Shown here: piece by piece, positions 24,448-34,739 of the stretch
How the letters are laid out: every line of letters starts with the position of its first letter
How positions within the stretch are numbered: position 1 is the stretch's first letter
From: Gammaproteobacteria bacterium
Lineage (GTDB): Bacteria > Pseudomonadota > Gammaproteobacteria > Pseudomonadales > Azotimanducaceae
DNA: 64,000 bases
Assembly (NCBI GenBank): GCA_009837185.1
Contig: VXUA01000083.1
Location: forward strand, 56,371-120,370
Direction of reading: 5' to 3'
Notes under the pieces: generated by a model
The model's database searches: none
Told to the model about the DNA's origin: nothing
Seen by the model: only the letters and a program-made list of their open reading frames with translations
Position numbers and translations under genes: made by a program

Positions 24448-27400
24448 CTAATCTTTTTCAACCGTAACGATGCCTATTGCGACTTTATCTATAGCCTGCT
24501 TCATCGACACCGATAAATTCTCTCGTATGAACTTACTCAGCCGTCTCTGATTCCAATCTTCATGTTTACTGACAATATCAAGTGCACTCTCTTCAGCTTG
24601 TATTACTAACTTAACAAGATCTCGATGTCGAGAATTTTCAGTGTCAAAGATCGGAATTGGTACTTTCTTCCAAAATTGAGCATGAAAGTGACGATCAGTT
24701 TCCCGTGTAGCAGAAAATCGATCCTTCAACGACTCCGCATTCAATATCCCCACTAAATATTGAGCCTCCTCTTCGCTAGAAGCATCGAAATAGAAACAAG
24801 ACTCATCTACTAACAGATTGTTCGGAACTCGCGCGGCTCGCAGAATCTTACCGCCTTCGTTGTAGACAACACGAGAACCTTCATTCTTTGACCAAAATTG
24901 CGAAGTAACTTTGTTATAGTGGTTCAGATTCTCGATCAATGTTCTCGGCGTGCCGGCACCTTTGTTGCTCGGACTATCTTCCCATCTTGAACACGCGTTT
25001 CGCCAAAAAGGCACTTGCATTGCGCTCTCATTGTTCACCAAAGTAAACTGCTCAGAGTCCAAAGGTATGATGACCTTTGAGCAAACTGGTCTCACTGAAT
25101 AAGGAAAGAGGTCATAAGAGCGAACAACTGAGTGAATCCATCCTTCAGGTACTTCGAATTCTATCGGTGGATAGTTTTTCCAATGACTCTGTTTTGAAGA
25201 AACCGTCCAACCTCGCGCAGTTCCGTTGTGGTTCAGTCGTAGCGTTGAAGGATTAACGAGTACTAATACATGGGGTCGAAAACATGCACCCTGACGAAAG
25301 ACTGATTTCGCGGTTTTTTCAGAAAAATACTCTGATACGTCTGTGTCATATTGTTGTACGGATTGAGGTACCCGAACAACTTGATCTTGAACAATGTACC
25401 ACGGATCGTTGGGTTTGATTCTCGCCTTTTCAGTACTCATTCGCAGACTTTCATTCTTCTTTCCAATACCAATATACCACACACATGAAGCAGCGGTCGT
25501 AAAAGGTGGCTTTCTAGTCATTAATTCAAGTGAAGAAACGAGTGAATAGTCGTCGCGGAGCCGTTCGCGAAATTTCGCCCAAGTACCGGCACTCAAGGAG
25601 GCAGCATTCAAAACCCACCCAGCTCGGCTAGATTCGTTTGATAAATACATTTGTGAGCACTGTAGGACAAAAGTGCCTGCAACGTCAAAACTTGAAGCAC
25701 GTCTCCCACCGACCCAGAGTTTTAGTCGTTCCGCCAGATCCTTAAAAGTTGTTTTTCGATGTGGATTCTGGACAGTGTTTAATGTGATCCAAGGTGGGTT
25801 TGCGAGTATTCGATTGACTTTACGTTCCGCCAATAGTATCGGTGATATCCAGTTGTTGACATGGTACGCCCAAATACCATTTCCATCGAAATGACAAATA
25901 TCTTTTAACTCGCCAAAACTCTGTTCCAGTAGTTCGGAGTCGACCAAAGACAAATCCACAAACAAATCTGATGGAAATTTCTTCTGAGCGTTCGCTAAAT
26001 CGGTGAACCGTTTCATATCGCGAGCAAAATCCGCACGAGTAACGAACGAGCGAGGTAGGGTGAAAGATCGACCACTCTTTGGGGATCGAAACGTAAAGCT
26101 CTCTTGGCCAGGACGCACTCTCATGAAATCTAGTTCTTGCATTCCCTGACCCCATTCAGCTAAGAGCGAGTCACCCTGCCAAACGTTCAATGCTGAATCC
26201 CCTAGTGTGGGTGGCGCGGGCAGACTTCGTAGTAACGTAGTCTGGGCAAATTCCACTGCCACAGGATGTATATCGATTCCGAAGACTAATCGAGCCACGA
26301 CATCTGCTTGTTCTTCACGCGTCAACTCCATCTCTCTAAGTTTTGATACTTCAACGATTCGCCGAACCGCGTGGTACAGAAATGTCCCTGAACCACAGGT
26401 AGGATCTAGTACTCCCCAAGGCCGTACAATTTCCGATTTCTTCGTACGTCCACAACGCAAAGAGGCTTGAACCGCTTGCCGACACCAATCCTCGTCGAGC
26501 ACCTCTTCCGCAAGCATTTCTGCCAACCAATCGGGAGTGTAATATTCCCCATATATCTTTCGTTGGTCTTTCGGCACAATCTCTTGATACAACACCTGTA
26601 AGATATCGCCTTTTCTTTTACGCCAATCGAACATGTCCGTTTTATCCTGTACAGTCAGCAGCCAAGAATGTCCTTCTTGCACCTGACAAATCCAGTTGAT
26701 GAATCCCTCCGTTTGTAGACGCTCGCGTTCGTGCGAATCATGTGCATCTGGATCTACAAGAGCATTTCGTACAGCACGAGCAAAAGACACTAGCGCACAA
26801 TGACGTACAAACATAGTTTGTGCTTCTGATTCGTTACCATAGTCCATACCTGAAGCACGTATTGCATCCCACCAAAGATTAAACTGAATTTGGGCACCGC
26901 GCAGTTCTCTAGCTTGCTCCCAAATAGTCTGTAGTTGAGTCGCGTCATTAGCATACAGAATGTGAGGATTGAGCGGCGCTAACGGTTTACTTCCGTCTGA
27001 GCCTAATAAACGTAAGAACTCAACAATCGAACTTGGATCATTTCTAACATCCAATCGGACGGGTTCTGGCGAAAGTGGTTCCATTGCTCCAGGAGCATCT
27101 TGCCATTTCCACACCAACCATTGCTGGCCATCGGTAAGCACCACCGTCCACTCAAGTCTCTGCGCACTTTCAAGTTGTAGGTAACTAGCCTCCAACTGAC
27201 GAATACTTACTACGTAGCGTCGTACTTGTTCGAATTGAGTACCACCTGTTTGAAGTTGCGACTTCACGATCTTTCCAGTCGGTTTGCATTCAATCAATGT
27301 CCGATGCCCATGTAAATAGATGTCTACCGGGCCATCCCCCGTTTCCCATTGTTGCTCTGGTGAGAGTTTTAGTTCCTCGCAGAGATTGACTAGTGCTGTC

Positions 27401-27510
27401 TCCAACGATGCTTCTTTCGCATGTTTCTTACTCACCACGCTCAACAAGTCAACGAGCTTTTCTGAAATTTCTAATTGCAATTTATGCTGTCGAGTGTTTA
27501 AACAGTACAT
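24448..27510 (-). CDS. Type IIG/IIL-like (MmeI-like architecture) fused restriction endonuclease / N6-adenine DNA methyltransferase / target-recognition protein
   Basis: 1020 aa. N-terminal PD-(D/E)xK-like motif VDIYLHGHRTLIECKP. Gamma-class methyltransferase motifs in the order X, I, IV: YGEYYTPDWLAEML, VLDPTCGSGTFLYHAV and ILANPPWITL. The C-terminal ~400 aa would serve as the specificity domain. No separate S, R or BREX genes are nearby. Confidence 0.65.
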   Translation of the reverse strand: MYCLNTRQHKLQLEISEKLVDLLSVVSKKHAKEASLETALVNLCEELKLSPEQQWETGDGPVDIYLHGHRTLIECKPTGKIVKSQLQTGGTQFEQVRRYVVSIRQLEASYLQLESAQRLEWTVVLTDGQQWLVWKWQDAPGAMEPLSPEPVRLDVRNDPSSIVEFLRLLGSDGSKPLAPLNPHILYANDATQLQTIWEQARELRGAQIQFNLWWDAIRASGMDYGNESEAQTMFVRHCALVSFARAVRNALVDPDAHDSHERERLQTEGFINWICQVQEGHSWLLTVQDKTDMFDWRKRKGDILQVLYQEIVPKDQRKIYGEYYTPDWLAEMLAEEVLDEDWCRQAVQASLRCGRTKKSEIVRPWGVLDPTCGSGTFLYHAVRRIVEVSKLREMELTREEQADVVARLVFGIDIHPVAVEFAQTTLLRSLPAPPTLGDSALNVWQGDSLLAEWGQGMQELDFMRVRPGQESFTFRSPKSGRSFTLPRSFVTRADFARDMKRFTDLANAQKKFPSDLFVDLSLVDSELLEQSFGELKDICHFDGNGIWAYHVNNWISPILLAERKVNRILANPPWITLNTVQNPHRKTTFKDLAERLKLWVGGRRASSFDVAGTFVLQCSQMYLSNESSRAGWVLNAASLSAGTWAKFRERLRDDYSLVSSLELMTRKPPFTTAASCVWYIGIGKKNESLRMSTEKARIKPNDPWYIVQDQVVRVPQSVQQYDTDVSEYFSEKTAKSVFRQGACFRPHVLVLVNPSTLRLNHNGTARGWTVSSKQSHWKNYPPIEFEVPEGWIHSVVRSYDLFPYSVRPVCSKVIIPLDSEQFTLVNNESAMQVPFWRNACSRWEDSPSNKGAGTPRTLIENLNHYNKVTSQFWSKNEGSRVVYNEGGKILRAARVPNNLLVDESCFYFDASSEEEAQYLVGILNAESLKDRFSATRETDRHFHAQFWKKVPIPIFDTENSRHRDLVKLVIQAEESALDIVSKHEDWNQRRLSKFIRENLSVSMKQAIDKVAIGIVTVEKD
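27500..27510 (+). repeat. Right copy of the exact 11-bp direct repeat (AAACAGTACAT); overlaps the start codon of the methyltransferase gene
   Basis: Identical to 20587-20597. AACAGTAC recurs 6 nt further on, at 27516-27523. Confidence 0.4.
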
Positions 27511-27722
27511 ATTCTAACAGTACCCGAAACCGATTTTACTACTATTCACGTTTATCTTGTTAGTTTAGACGATATCGGAACGTGATACAAATGCTTCCCC
27601 TAAAATTGTTACCGTTCGTGACTAAGATCACACGTGTCGTCAGTCGGCGCGAAAATAGAATATTCGTTTAGTTGTCCAGAGATTGAACAATGAAACTTTT
27701 GAAAAGAACTAGTGAGTAAAAA

Positions 27723-28265
27723 ATGCTCAATCGACGAAAATTCACTATCGCATCCACTACTATTCCGCTTTCCATCGTAATGACTCGATCTATGATCGGA
27801 CAAACAGAGGACGAGACCACTGAGGTCGATGTAGCCGAGTCTGAAGAAGAATCTTTAAAAACTGAAATACCAGAAGAACTCGAGACTGCAAAGCTTATTT
27901 ATCTCACCCCTATTAAAACAGATGGAGAAGAAAGCAAGTGTCAAGGCGAAGTCTGGTTCGTGTATTTAGATTCCAAACTTTATATAACGACTGCATCTGA
28001 TGCATGGCGAGCTGAGGCAATTCGTAAAGACCTAAAAGACACGCGTATTTGGATAGGTGATTACGGAGTTTGGACTCGAGCAAAGGAAAAGTACAAAGAA
28101 GGGCCAGAACTCATGCTAGAAGGTTCGATCTTTGACGACGAAGACAAACTCCCTGAGATTCTTGAAGCGTTTACCGAAAAATACGGTACCGGTCGATATC
28201 CTCGCGTTTTCAAAGAGGAAATCGAAGAGGAGAAGCGAGTCGTATTGGAATATGAGGTAAAGTAG
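27723..28265 (+). CDS. Hypothetical exported protein with a Tat-type signal peptide
   Basis: N-terminal LNRRKFTIASTTIPLSIVM has the twin-arginine pattern. An acidic linker and a ~120-aa globular domain follow. I did not recognise a family. Confidence 0.5.
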   Translation: MLNRRKFTIASTTIPLSIVMTRSMIGQTEDETTEVDVAESEEESLKTEIPEELETAKLIYLTPIKTDGEESKCQGEVWFVYLDSKLYITTASDAWRAEAIRKDLKDTRIWIGDYGVWTRAKEKYKEGPELMLEGSIFDDEDKLPEILEAFTEKYGTGRYPRVFKEEIEEEKRVVLEYEVK

Positions 28266-28266
28266 A

Positions 28267-29088
28267 TTGATGTGGAGACCCGAAGATAATGTCATCTCGG
28301 TTGACGAATTAGTCGCAATCCAGGACGACCCAAAAACTGTAATTTTCGACTGTAGCTACGAACTAACAAATCCGGATGCCGGCCACAAACTGTATACCCA
28401 AGGGCACATCCCGAACTCGATTTTCGCACATGTCACAGGTGATCTTGCAGAGCCTCCAGGTGAGCGAGGACGACACCCTCTCCCGACACGTGCGATGTTC
28501 CTTGAAACCGTACGTTCTTGGGGAGTTAAAAACGATTCTCACGTAATTTCGTACGATCAAGGGCTTGCGATTTTCGCGTGCCGATTGTGGTGGATGTTTC
28601 GTTGGCTTGGACACGAAAAAGTGTCAGTTCTCGATGGAGGATTGAGTGCATGGAAGGCTGCTGGGCAACCGCTCAGTACCGATGTAAACGAACTTTGTCG
28701 AAGTACGTTCGAACCAAAACCGTCTCTAACGAGCCTTGTCGATGCCAATGATGTCTTAAATCACAACGGGGTATTGATCGACGCGCGTGCTGAGAACCGG
28801 TTCCGCGGAGAGATTGAACCGATTGATCATACGGCGGGGCATATTCCCGGTGCTATATGTCGACCGAGTAGCAAAAACTTAGACGAATCGTTCAAATTTA
28901 CACGAGACGGATCGCGGTTTGATGTTCTGACTGAGGATGCAAGGGTCATCTGCTATTGTGGTTCAGGAATTAGCGCCACCCATAACATTTTGTCAATATT
29001 GCTTGCCGGACACAAAGAGCCCTCGCTTTACTCAGGGTCCTGGAGTGAATGGATCGAAGATCCCTCTCGACCCGTCGTTACCGGATGA
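28267..29088 (+). CDS. sseA: 3-mercaptopyruvate/thiosulfate sulfurtransferase (tandem rhodanese)
   Basis: Two rhodanese repeats. The active-site loop is CYCGSGISATH (MST-type CGSG). HIPNS and HIPGA motifs are present. Confidence 0.8.
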   Translation: MMWRPEDNVISVDELVAIQDDPKTVIFDCSYELTNPDAGHKLYTQGHIPNSIFAHVTGDLAEPPGERGRHPLPTRAMFLETVRSWGVKNDSHVISYDQGLAIFACRLWWMFRWLGHEKVSVLDGGLSAWKAAGQPLSTDVNELCRSTFEPKPSLTSLVDANDVLNHNGVLIDARAENRFRGEIEPIDHTAGHIPGAICRPSSKNLDESFKFTRDGSRFDVLTEDARVICYCGSGISATHNILSILLAGHKEPSLYSGSWSEWIEDPSRPVVTG

Positions 29089-30845
29089 GACCGGCCGTCG
29101 CACGTTTTGTCGACGGCAGACTCTTTTCACCTAATTTCAACGACTACTACGCGGCGCGAGATCCCGTCGCGGAAACCTTTCACGTTCACATCCAGCCAGC
29201 TAATCTCGTGGAGAGAATGTGCCGTGCTAGAACATTCACAATTTTTGAGTTTGGTTTCGGCGCAGGGATTAATTTCCTTACAACGGGTTCAGCGTTCCTA
29301 AAGCATGCGGATTCCAATACTCGGTTGCGTTTTATTAGTTGTGAAGCGCTTCCGCTTTCGAGTGCCCTCATTTCCGAAGCACATGCTATTACATCTGTTG
29401 ATCGAACTCTATCCGAACAGTTTTTAGACTTCTACCCGCCATTAGTTTCTGGCATCTACCGTCGGTTATTCGCGAGCGACCAAATTGAACTTACCCTCTT
29501 CTTTGCTGATGCAAAAACGGCTTTGAATGAATTTCTTGATCAAGACTCGTTGGGTGTCGACGCGTGGATTCTCGACGGGTTTGCGCCCGATCGGAATCCA
29601 GAGATGTGGGATCTTGATCTTCTTTCAAAACTCGAGAAGTGTACAAAACCTAACGGAACAGTTACGACTTTTAGTTCCGCTAGTAGCGTGCGTCAAAGTT
29701 TAGAAAGAAACGGTTTTGCTGTTCGTCGAATTGAAGGAACTCCGTTTAAGCGACAAACCTCACTCGCGACGCTGAACAAACCCGGTCTTGCAGGCAGAGA
29801 ACCACCGACGAAAACTACCATCGTAGGAGGTGGTTTTGCCGGCACTGCGACTGCACGTGCCCTCGCTCGACGTGGTGTGCAAGTTAGATTGATAACTCCC
29901 ACAGGGACAGTTGGCGATGCTACGTCCGGGATACCAACGGCTGTCCTACATCCTCGATTGAGCGCAAGCATGGATGTCCCCGCATATTTCAGAACACAAA
30001 CCTACTTCTTCTCTGCGGCGATGAAGGGCTACCCTCTTCCAACAGCTATGTCTGGTGCTGTACAACTTACTGGTAAAAACATGGCAGCAAGTAGATTAAG
30101 AGATATTTCTGATTTATTAGGTGAAAAATGGGCACAGTGGATGGACACTAACGAACTAAATGAACTTACTGGTATTAAGCACGATCATGATGCAGCGTTC
30201 TTCCCGAAGTCGTTTGTAGTCGAAGGTGAAAAATTTTGTCATTCGCTAACCCAGCATCCGAACATTGACGTCGTCGCTCAGGAACTTACAGAACCATTAC
30301 TTGATGAACGGACGATCTACGCTACGGGCTCAGCATCTCTACTTGGCGACCAAGCAGACTCTTGGGAAGTTCTAACGATTGAGGGACAACTTGATACATT
30401 CACTCACACGAACGAACTTGCTGTACCACGACGGGTACTTATTCAAGATGGTTACGTTGTACCAAATCAATCAGTTTGTGAGGTGGGGTCCACCTACGAA
30501 TATGCGAAGTGGGAGCCTGGCATAGCAACGGCAACAAATCTAGAAAAATTGCAAACACTGACGAACGAAGAAAATTGGACTCACTTGCGATCTTTTCGTG
30601 GTCACCGCACAGTCACCTCCGACAAACTGCCTATCGTAGGGCAGATTAGCCCCAATTCTTGGGTAAATCTTGCCCATGGAAGTGCAGGTACGGCAAGCAC
30701 TCCCTACTGCGCAGAGATTCTCGCAAGCCAATATTTAGGTGAACTTGCTCCGCTTTGGCTGGAGTGCATTGATCGATTACATCCTAACAGATTTAGCGAA
30801 AGACAAGTTCGCCGACCTAATCCATTACAGCGGTACCGAAAGTAA
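29085..30845 (+). CDS. mnmC: Bifunctional tRNA mnm5s2U34 methyltransferase / FAD-dependent cmnm5s2U34 oxidoreductase MnmC
   Basis: DAWILDGFAPDRNPEMW methyltransferase motif and the FAD motif IVGGGFAGTATARALARRG. I chose the ATG at 29085, which overlaps the sseA stop (ATGA), because FSPNFNDYYAA aligns with the MnmC N-terminus. The listed ORF start at 29049 is probably too early. Confidence 0.85.
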   Translation: MRPAVARFVDGRLFSPNFNDYYAARDPVAETFHVHIQPANLVERMCRARTFTIFEFGFGAGINFLTTGSAFLKHADSNTRLRFISCEALPLSSALISEAHAITSVDRTLSEQFLDFYPPLVSGIYRRLFASDQIELTLFFADAKTALNEFLDQDSLGVDAWILDGFAPDRNPEMWDLDLLSKLEKCTKPNGTVTTFSSASSVRQSLERNGFAVRRIEGTPFKRQTSLATLNKPGLAGREPPTKTTIVGGGFAGTATARALARRGVQVRLITPTGTVGDATSGIPTAVLHPRLSASMDVPAYFRTQTYFFSAAMKGYPLPTAMSGAVQLTGKNMAASRLRDISDLLGEKWAQWMDTNELNELTGIKHDHDAAFFPKSFVVEGEKFCHSLTQHPNIDVVAQELTEPLLDERTIYATGSASLLGDQADSWEVLTIEGQLDTFTHTNELAVPRRVLIQDGYVVPNQSVCEVGSTYEYAKWEPGIATATNLEKLQTLTNEENWTHLRSFRGHRTVTSDKLPIVGQISPNSWVNLAHGSAGTASTPYCAEILASQYLGELAPLWLECIDRLHPNRFSERQVRRPNPLQRYRK

Positions 30846-30923
30846 TTTCTCAAGAAATTCCCGGCTCCGTGCAAAATTAATAATTCGTTGCATTTTGAAC
30901 ACCCAACTGGGAGGGATCCTTTC

Positions 30924-32669
30924 ATGCGCCGCGTTCCAGCAATCGTACTGCTTGCTTTACCCACCTTGTTTCTCGCTTCATGTTCTCAAGAATCGACATC
31001 TGAAGCTCCTGTTGACGCGGAAGTCACAGAAACTACTCAAGATAGAAATCTGAAAATCCTTTACTGGCAAGCTCCGTCAAAGTTAAATCCGTATCAATCT
31101 AGTGGCACCAAAGATATTGAGGCTTCGTCAATCGTTGTCGAGCCGTTAGCTCACTACGATGTTGATGCAAACATGGTACCCATACTTGCGGCTGAGATTC
31201 CAACCTCTGAGAACGGGGGAGTAGCAGAAGATCATAGGAGCATCACTTGGAAGTTGAAAAAAGATGTTCTTTGGTCCGACAGCACACCTCTAACTGCGGC
31301 AGATGTCGTTTTTACATGGGAATACTGCACGGCCGAAGGTGGTGGTTGTGCGGCACTAAATGCATTCGAATATGTTGAGCAGGTAGTAGCACTTGACGAC
31401 CATACGGTTCGCGTCGAATTTATCAAACCAACACCGTTTCCATACGGTCCTTTCGTTGGCTCTGCGAGTCCTATTATTCAACGAGAACAGTTCAAAGATT
31501 GTCTTGGAATGCGTGCGAATCAGTGTGTGGAGGAGAATTCATTTCCTGTAGGTACAGGTCCATATATGGTTGACGAGTTCAGGGCGCAGGATACAGCACA
31601 ATTTCGAGCCAATCCCCTTTATCGAGAGCAAGGAAAACCTTACTTTCAAACCGTTTTGCTTAAGGGTGGTGGCGATGCCGCCGCTGCGGCCCGCACTGTA
31701 CTACAAACAGGTGAATTCGACTATGCGTGGAACTTACAAGTTGAACCCGAGATCCTCGAAAACATGAGAAACGCAGGCAAAGGCGAAATCCTCACTGGCT
31801 TTGGTTCGCAAGTAGAACGTATTATGGTTAATCAAACAAATCCAGATCCGAAGCTTGATGCCGAGCAACGCTCGATCAACATAGACGGTACAAACCCACA
31901 TCCAATACTTTCAGATATCCGAGTCCGACGCGCCCTTACGTTAGCAATCGACCGTGAAATCTTGGTCGAAGTAGGTTATGGGATAACGGGTCAACCTACT
32001 TGTAACGTCATTCCTCTTCCTGAGAAGTATGTTTCGTCAAACAACGACGAGTGTTTAACTCAAAACCTTGAAGAGGCAAACCGGCTACTCGACGAAGCCG
32101 GGTGGGTACTCGGATCAGACGACGTACGAGTAAAAGATGGTATACGTTTAAGTCTACTATACCAGACATCAACGAATCCCGTAAGACAGGGAGCTCAGTC
32201 TCTGATAAAGGGCTGGTGGAAAGAGATTGGTGTTGAGACTGAGTTAAAAAATATAGACGGCAGTGTATTCTTCGGTACTGATGCCGCAAGCCCGTTTACG
32301 TTGTATAAATTTTATTCTGATGTTCAAATGTATACTAACAGTTTTGAAGGAAACGATCCGTCTAATTACGTAGAAGCTTGGAAATGTGACAAAGCACCTG
32401 GACCTCACAATGCATGGCTTGGCACAAACATTTCTCGTGGCTGTTCCGAAGAACTAGATGCGCTCCTCGACACCCTGTCCGAAACTTTTGATGCTGATGA
32501 ACGCGTAGAAATTATTAAACAAATCAACGATACAGTCGTTCAAAACGTATACGAAATTCCTCTAATTCACCGCGCCAGGGTGTCTGCTAGAGCAAATGAT
32601 TTAAAAGGTGTCGTGATGAACGGATGGGATTCTGAACTTTGGAGCATTGCCGACTGGTATCGAGAATAG
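30924..32669 (+). CDS. ABC transporter substrate-binding lipoprotein, family 5 (peptide/nickel, Dpp/Opp-like)
   Basis: Lipobox LFLASC after MRRVPAIVLLALPT. The ~580-aa family-5 binding-protein fold is recognised by length and motifs. A GGGAGGGA Shine-Dalgarno sequence precedes the ATG at 30924. Confidence 0.85.
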   Translation: MRRVPAIVLLALPTLFLASCSQESTSEAPVDAEVTETTQDRNLKILYWQAPSKLNPYQSSGTKDIEASSIVVEPLAHYDVDANMVPILAAEIPTSENGGVAEDHRSITWKLKKDVLWSDSTPLTAADVVFTWEYCTAEGGGCAALNAFEYVEQVVALDDHTVRVEFIKPTPFPYGPFVGSASPIIQREQFKDCLGMRANQCVEENSFPVGTGPYMVDEFRAQDTAQFRANPLYREQGKPYFQTVLLKGGGDAAAAARTVLQTGEFDYAWNLQVEPEILENMRNAGKGEILTGFGSQVERIMVNQTNPDPKLDAEQRSINIDGTNPHPILSDIRVRRALTLAIDREILVEVGYGITGQPTCNVIPLPEKYVSSNNDECLTQNLEEANRLLDEAGWVLGSDDVRVKDGIRLSLLYQTSTNPVRQGAQSLIKGWWKEIGVETELKNIDGSVFFGTDAASPFTLYKFYSDVQMYTNSFEGNDPSNYVEAWKCDKAPGPHNAWLGTNISRGCSEELDALLDTLSETFDADERVEIIKQINDTVVQNVYEIPLIHRARVSARANDLKGVVMNGWDSELWSIADWYRE

Positions 32670-32718
32670 TATTTCTCTCTCAATGAGTTAAAACCTTCAC
32701 ACACCGGGGTAGTTCCAA

Positions 32719-33732
32719 TTGCTTAAATACGTGAGCAAGCGATTGTTTTTTGCAATCCCAACGCTCATCATAATTAGTTTCGCACTCTTCGCGATCTTGG
32801 ATTTAGCACCCAACGACCCGACTAGTGACCTACCCATTACGATTCCACCTGAAGTGCGACAGGAAATTCGAGAGTCCCTAGGTCTCGATAAACCTTTCCA
32901 CGTTCGCTATTTCAAATGGATGGAGCAATTCTTCATCAACGAACCGCTTAACTTGATTGAAGGAGTAACGGGACTGCAGATCGGTGATTCGGAGTCGCGG
33001 TTGCGCGTGACTTCCTGGTCTTCATATCGACCCGTGGTGGATTTGATCATCGAAAGACTCCCACAGACTCTGTGGGTCGTTGGTTTATCGTATGTCGTTG
33101 GAATAATGATCGCACTCCCGATCGGGGTCATCTCAGCTTTCAAACAATATAGTATGTTTGACCAAATAGGAACCTTTATCTCAATGGTTGGGTTCTCCAT
33201 ACCAACGTTCTTCACAGGACTGGTCATGATTATTGTGTTTAGCGTGTGGCTAGGTTGGTTGCCGTCTACATACGATACGACGCATGTGGTGAAAGATTTT
33301 CCCTCTTTTTGGGTCCAAGTAAAACAAATGATCATGCCTGTATTGGTATTGGCGTTCTACAACGCTGCGCAGCTTAGTAGATTCATGCGCGCTTCCGTAC
33401 TTGAAAATCTGAATTTGGACTACGTTCGTACTGCTCGTGCCAAAGGTTTGCGGGATCGTGCAATACTGCTAAAACACGTTCTTCGCAATAGTTTGCTCCC
33501 GGTAGTTACGATGATAGCACTCGGGGTTCCGACAATTTTTACAGGCGCGATAATTACAGAACAAATCTTTCGTGTAAACGGAATTGGACAGCTGCTTATC
33601 GCGGGAATAAACAGTGCAGACATACCTCTCGTTCAGTCTCTTTCTTTTCTATTTGCGGTACTAATTGTCACATTCAATCTTCTCGCTGACATTATTTATG
33701 GATTTTTGGACCCAAGGATAAAGTACGAGTAA
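32719..33732 (+). CDS. ABC peptide transporter permease (DppB/OppB-like)
   Basis: Six transmembrane helices and the EAA-type loop YVRTARAKGLRDRAILLKHVLRNSLLP. Confidence 0.85.
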   Translation: MLKYVSKRLFFAIPTLIIISFALFAILDLAPNDPTSDLPITIPPEVRQEIRESLGLDKPFHVRYFKWMEQFFINEPLNLIEGVTGLQIGDSESRLRVTSWSSYRPVVDLIIERLPQTLWVVGLSYVVGIMIALPIGVISAFKQYSMFDQIGTFISMVGFSIPTFFTGLVMIIVFSVWLGWLPSTYDTTHVVKDFPSFWVQVKQMIMPVLVLAFYNAAQLSRFMRASVLENLNLDYVRTARAKGLRDRAILLKHVLRNSLLPVVTMIALGVPTIFTGAIITEQIFRVNGIGQLLIAGINSADIPLVQSLSFLFAVLIVTFNLLADIIYGFLDPRIKYE

Positions 33733-33734
33733 TT

Positions 33735-34670
33735 ATGAAAGTCGAAAAGTTAGCTCAAGCTAATCAATCCATCCAAGAAGCTCGAGAACATCCATCTCCA
33801 TGGATGATCGTTTGGATTGCGCTAAGGAACCATAAAGGAGCAATGGTAGGTGCTGGTGTATTCACCGTGATCGTTTTAGGAGTGCTGCTTGGGCCTTTTA
33901 TATACACCGTTGATCCACAATTTACCGATATCGAGGCGCGCAATCTGGGAATGTCCTGGCAACACCCGCTAGGCACTGACAACTACGGACAAGACATGCT
34001 CGCGCGGTTGCTTTGGGGGGGTAGAACTGCAATTGCAGTTGGATTCGCTGCGATGTTTCTCTCTCTCGGATTAGGTACTACAATCGGATTGATTGCTGGC
34101 TATTACAAGCGACTTGATGGACTGCTAATGAGATTAACTGATTTGTTCCTCGCGCTGCCGCTATTACCGTTATTGCTTGTTATCATCTTGGTCTTCCGCG
34201 AACCACTAGATGAACTGTTTCCTGGCAATCCCGAAATTGGGACCTTCTTATTGATTGTGTTTGTGATCGGGATCACGAGTTGGATGCAAACTGCAAGAAT
34301 CGTTCGAAGCGAGACTCTCGCACTAAAAGAGCGCGAGTTTGTGTTAGCTGCAACCAGTATAGGAACCTCAGGTCCGCATATCATTACCACACATATTCTT
34401 CCCAATATATTGAGTCCGATAATGGTGTCAGCGACTCTGGGTGTTGCTAGTGCGATCATTACCGAGTCAGCGCTGTCGTTCCTCGGACTAGGATTCCCTC
34501 CTGACTTTCCTACTTGGGGAAGATTACTCTATGACGGAGCTAACTTCATGGAAATTGCACCAGCTCGAGTGATCTGGCCAGGATTAGCAATTTCATTGAC
34601 AGTATTGAGTGTTAATTACATAGGTGATGCATTGCGCGACGCGATTGACCCTCGAGTACGAAATCAGTGA
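33735..34670 (+). CDS. ABC peptide transporter permease (DppC/OppC-like)
   Basis: HPLGTDNYGQDMLARLLWG N-terminal motif and the EAA-type loop EFVLAATSIGTSGPHIITTHILPN. Confidence 0.85.
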   Translation: MKVEKLAQANQSIQEAREHPSPWMIVWIALRNHKGAMVGAGVFTVIVLGVLLGPFIYTVDPQFTDIEARNLGMSWQHPLGTDNYGQDMLARLLWGGRTAIAVGFAAMFLSLGLGTTIGLIAGYYKRLDGLLMRLTDLFLALPLLPLLLVIILVFREPLDELFPGNPEIGTFLLIVFVIGITSWMQTARIVRSETLALKEREFVLAATSIGTSGPHIITTHILPNILSPIMVSATLGVASAIITESALSFLGLGFPPDFPTWGRLLYDGANFMEIAPARVIWPGLAISLTVLSVNYIGDALRDAIDPRVRNQ

Positions 34671-34739
34671 GGGCTGAGCTTCGGTAAAAATTTCTATTTC
34701 GTGGAGTGTCATAGTGGAACAAACCCGCTGAGAAAATTC

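Noticed and set aside
24448-27510. Interpreting the 1020-aa methyltransferase as BREX PglX or a DISARM component
   Set aside because: No other BREX or DISARM genes (pglZ, brxC, brxL, drmA/B) are present. The protein also has its own N-terminal PD-ExK-like motif, which favours a stand-alone type IIG enzyme.
20216-27722. Prophage or integrative element interpretation of the island
   Set aside because: No integrase, transposase, tRNA target, or structural or replication genes are visible. Only the 11-bp direct repeats hint at mobility, so it is reported as a repeat-bounded island rather than a mobile element.
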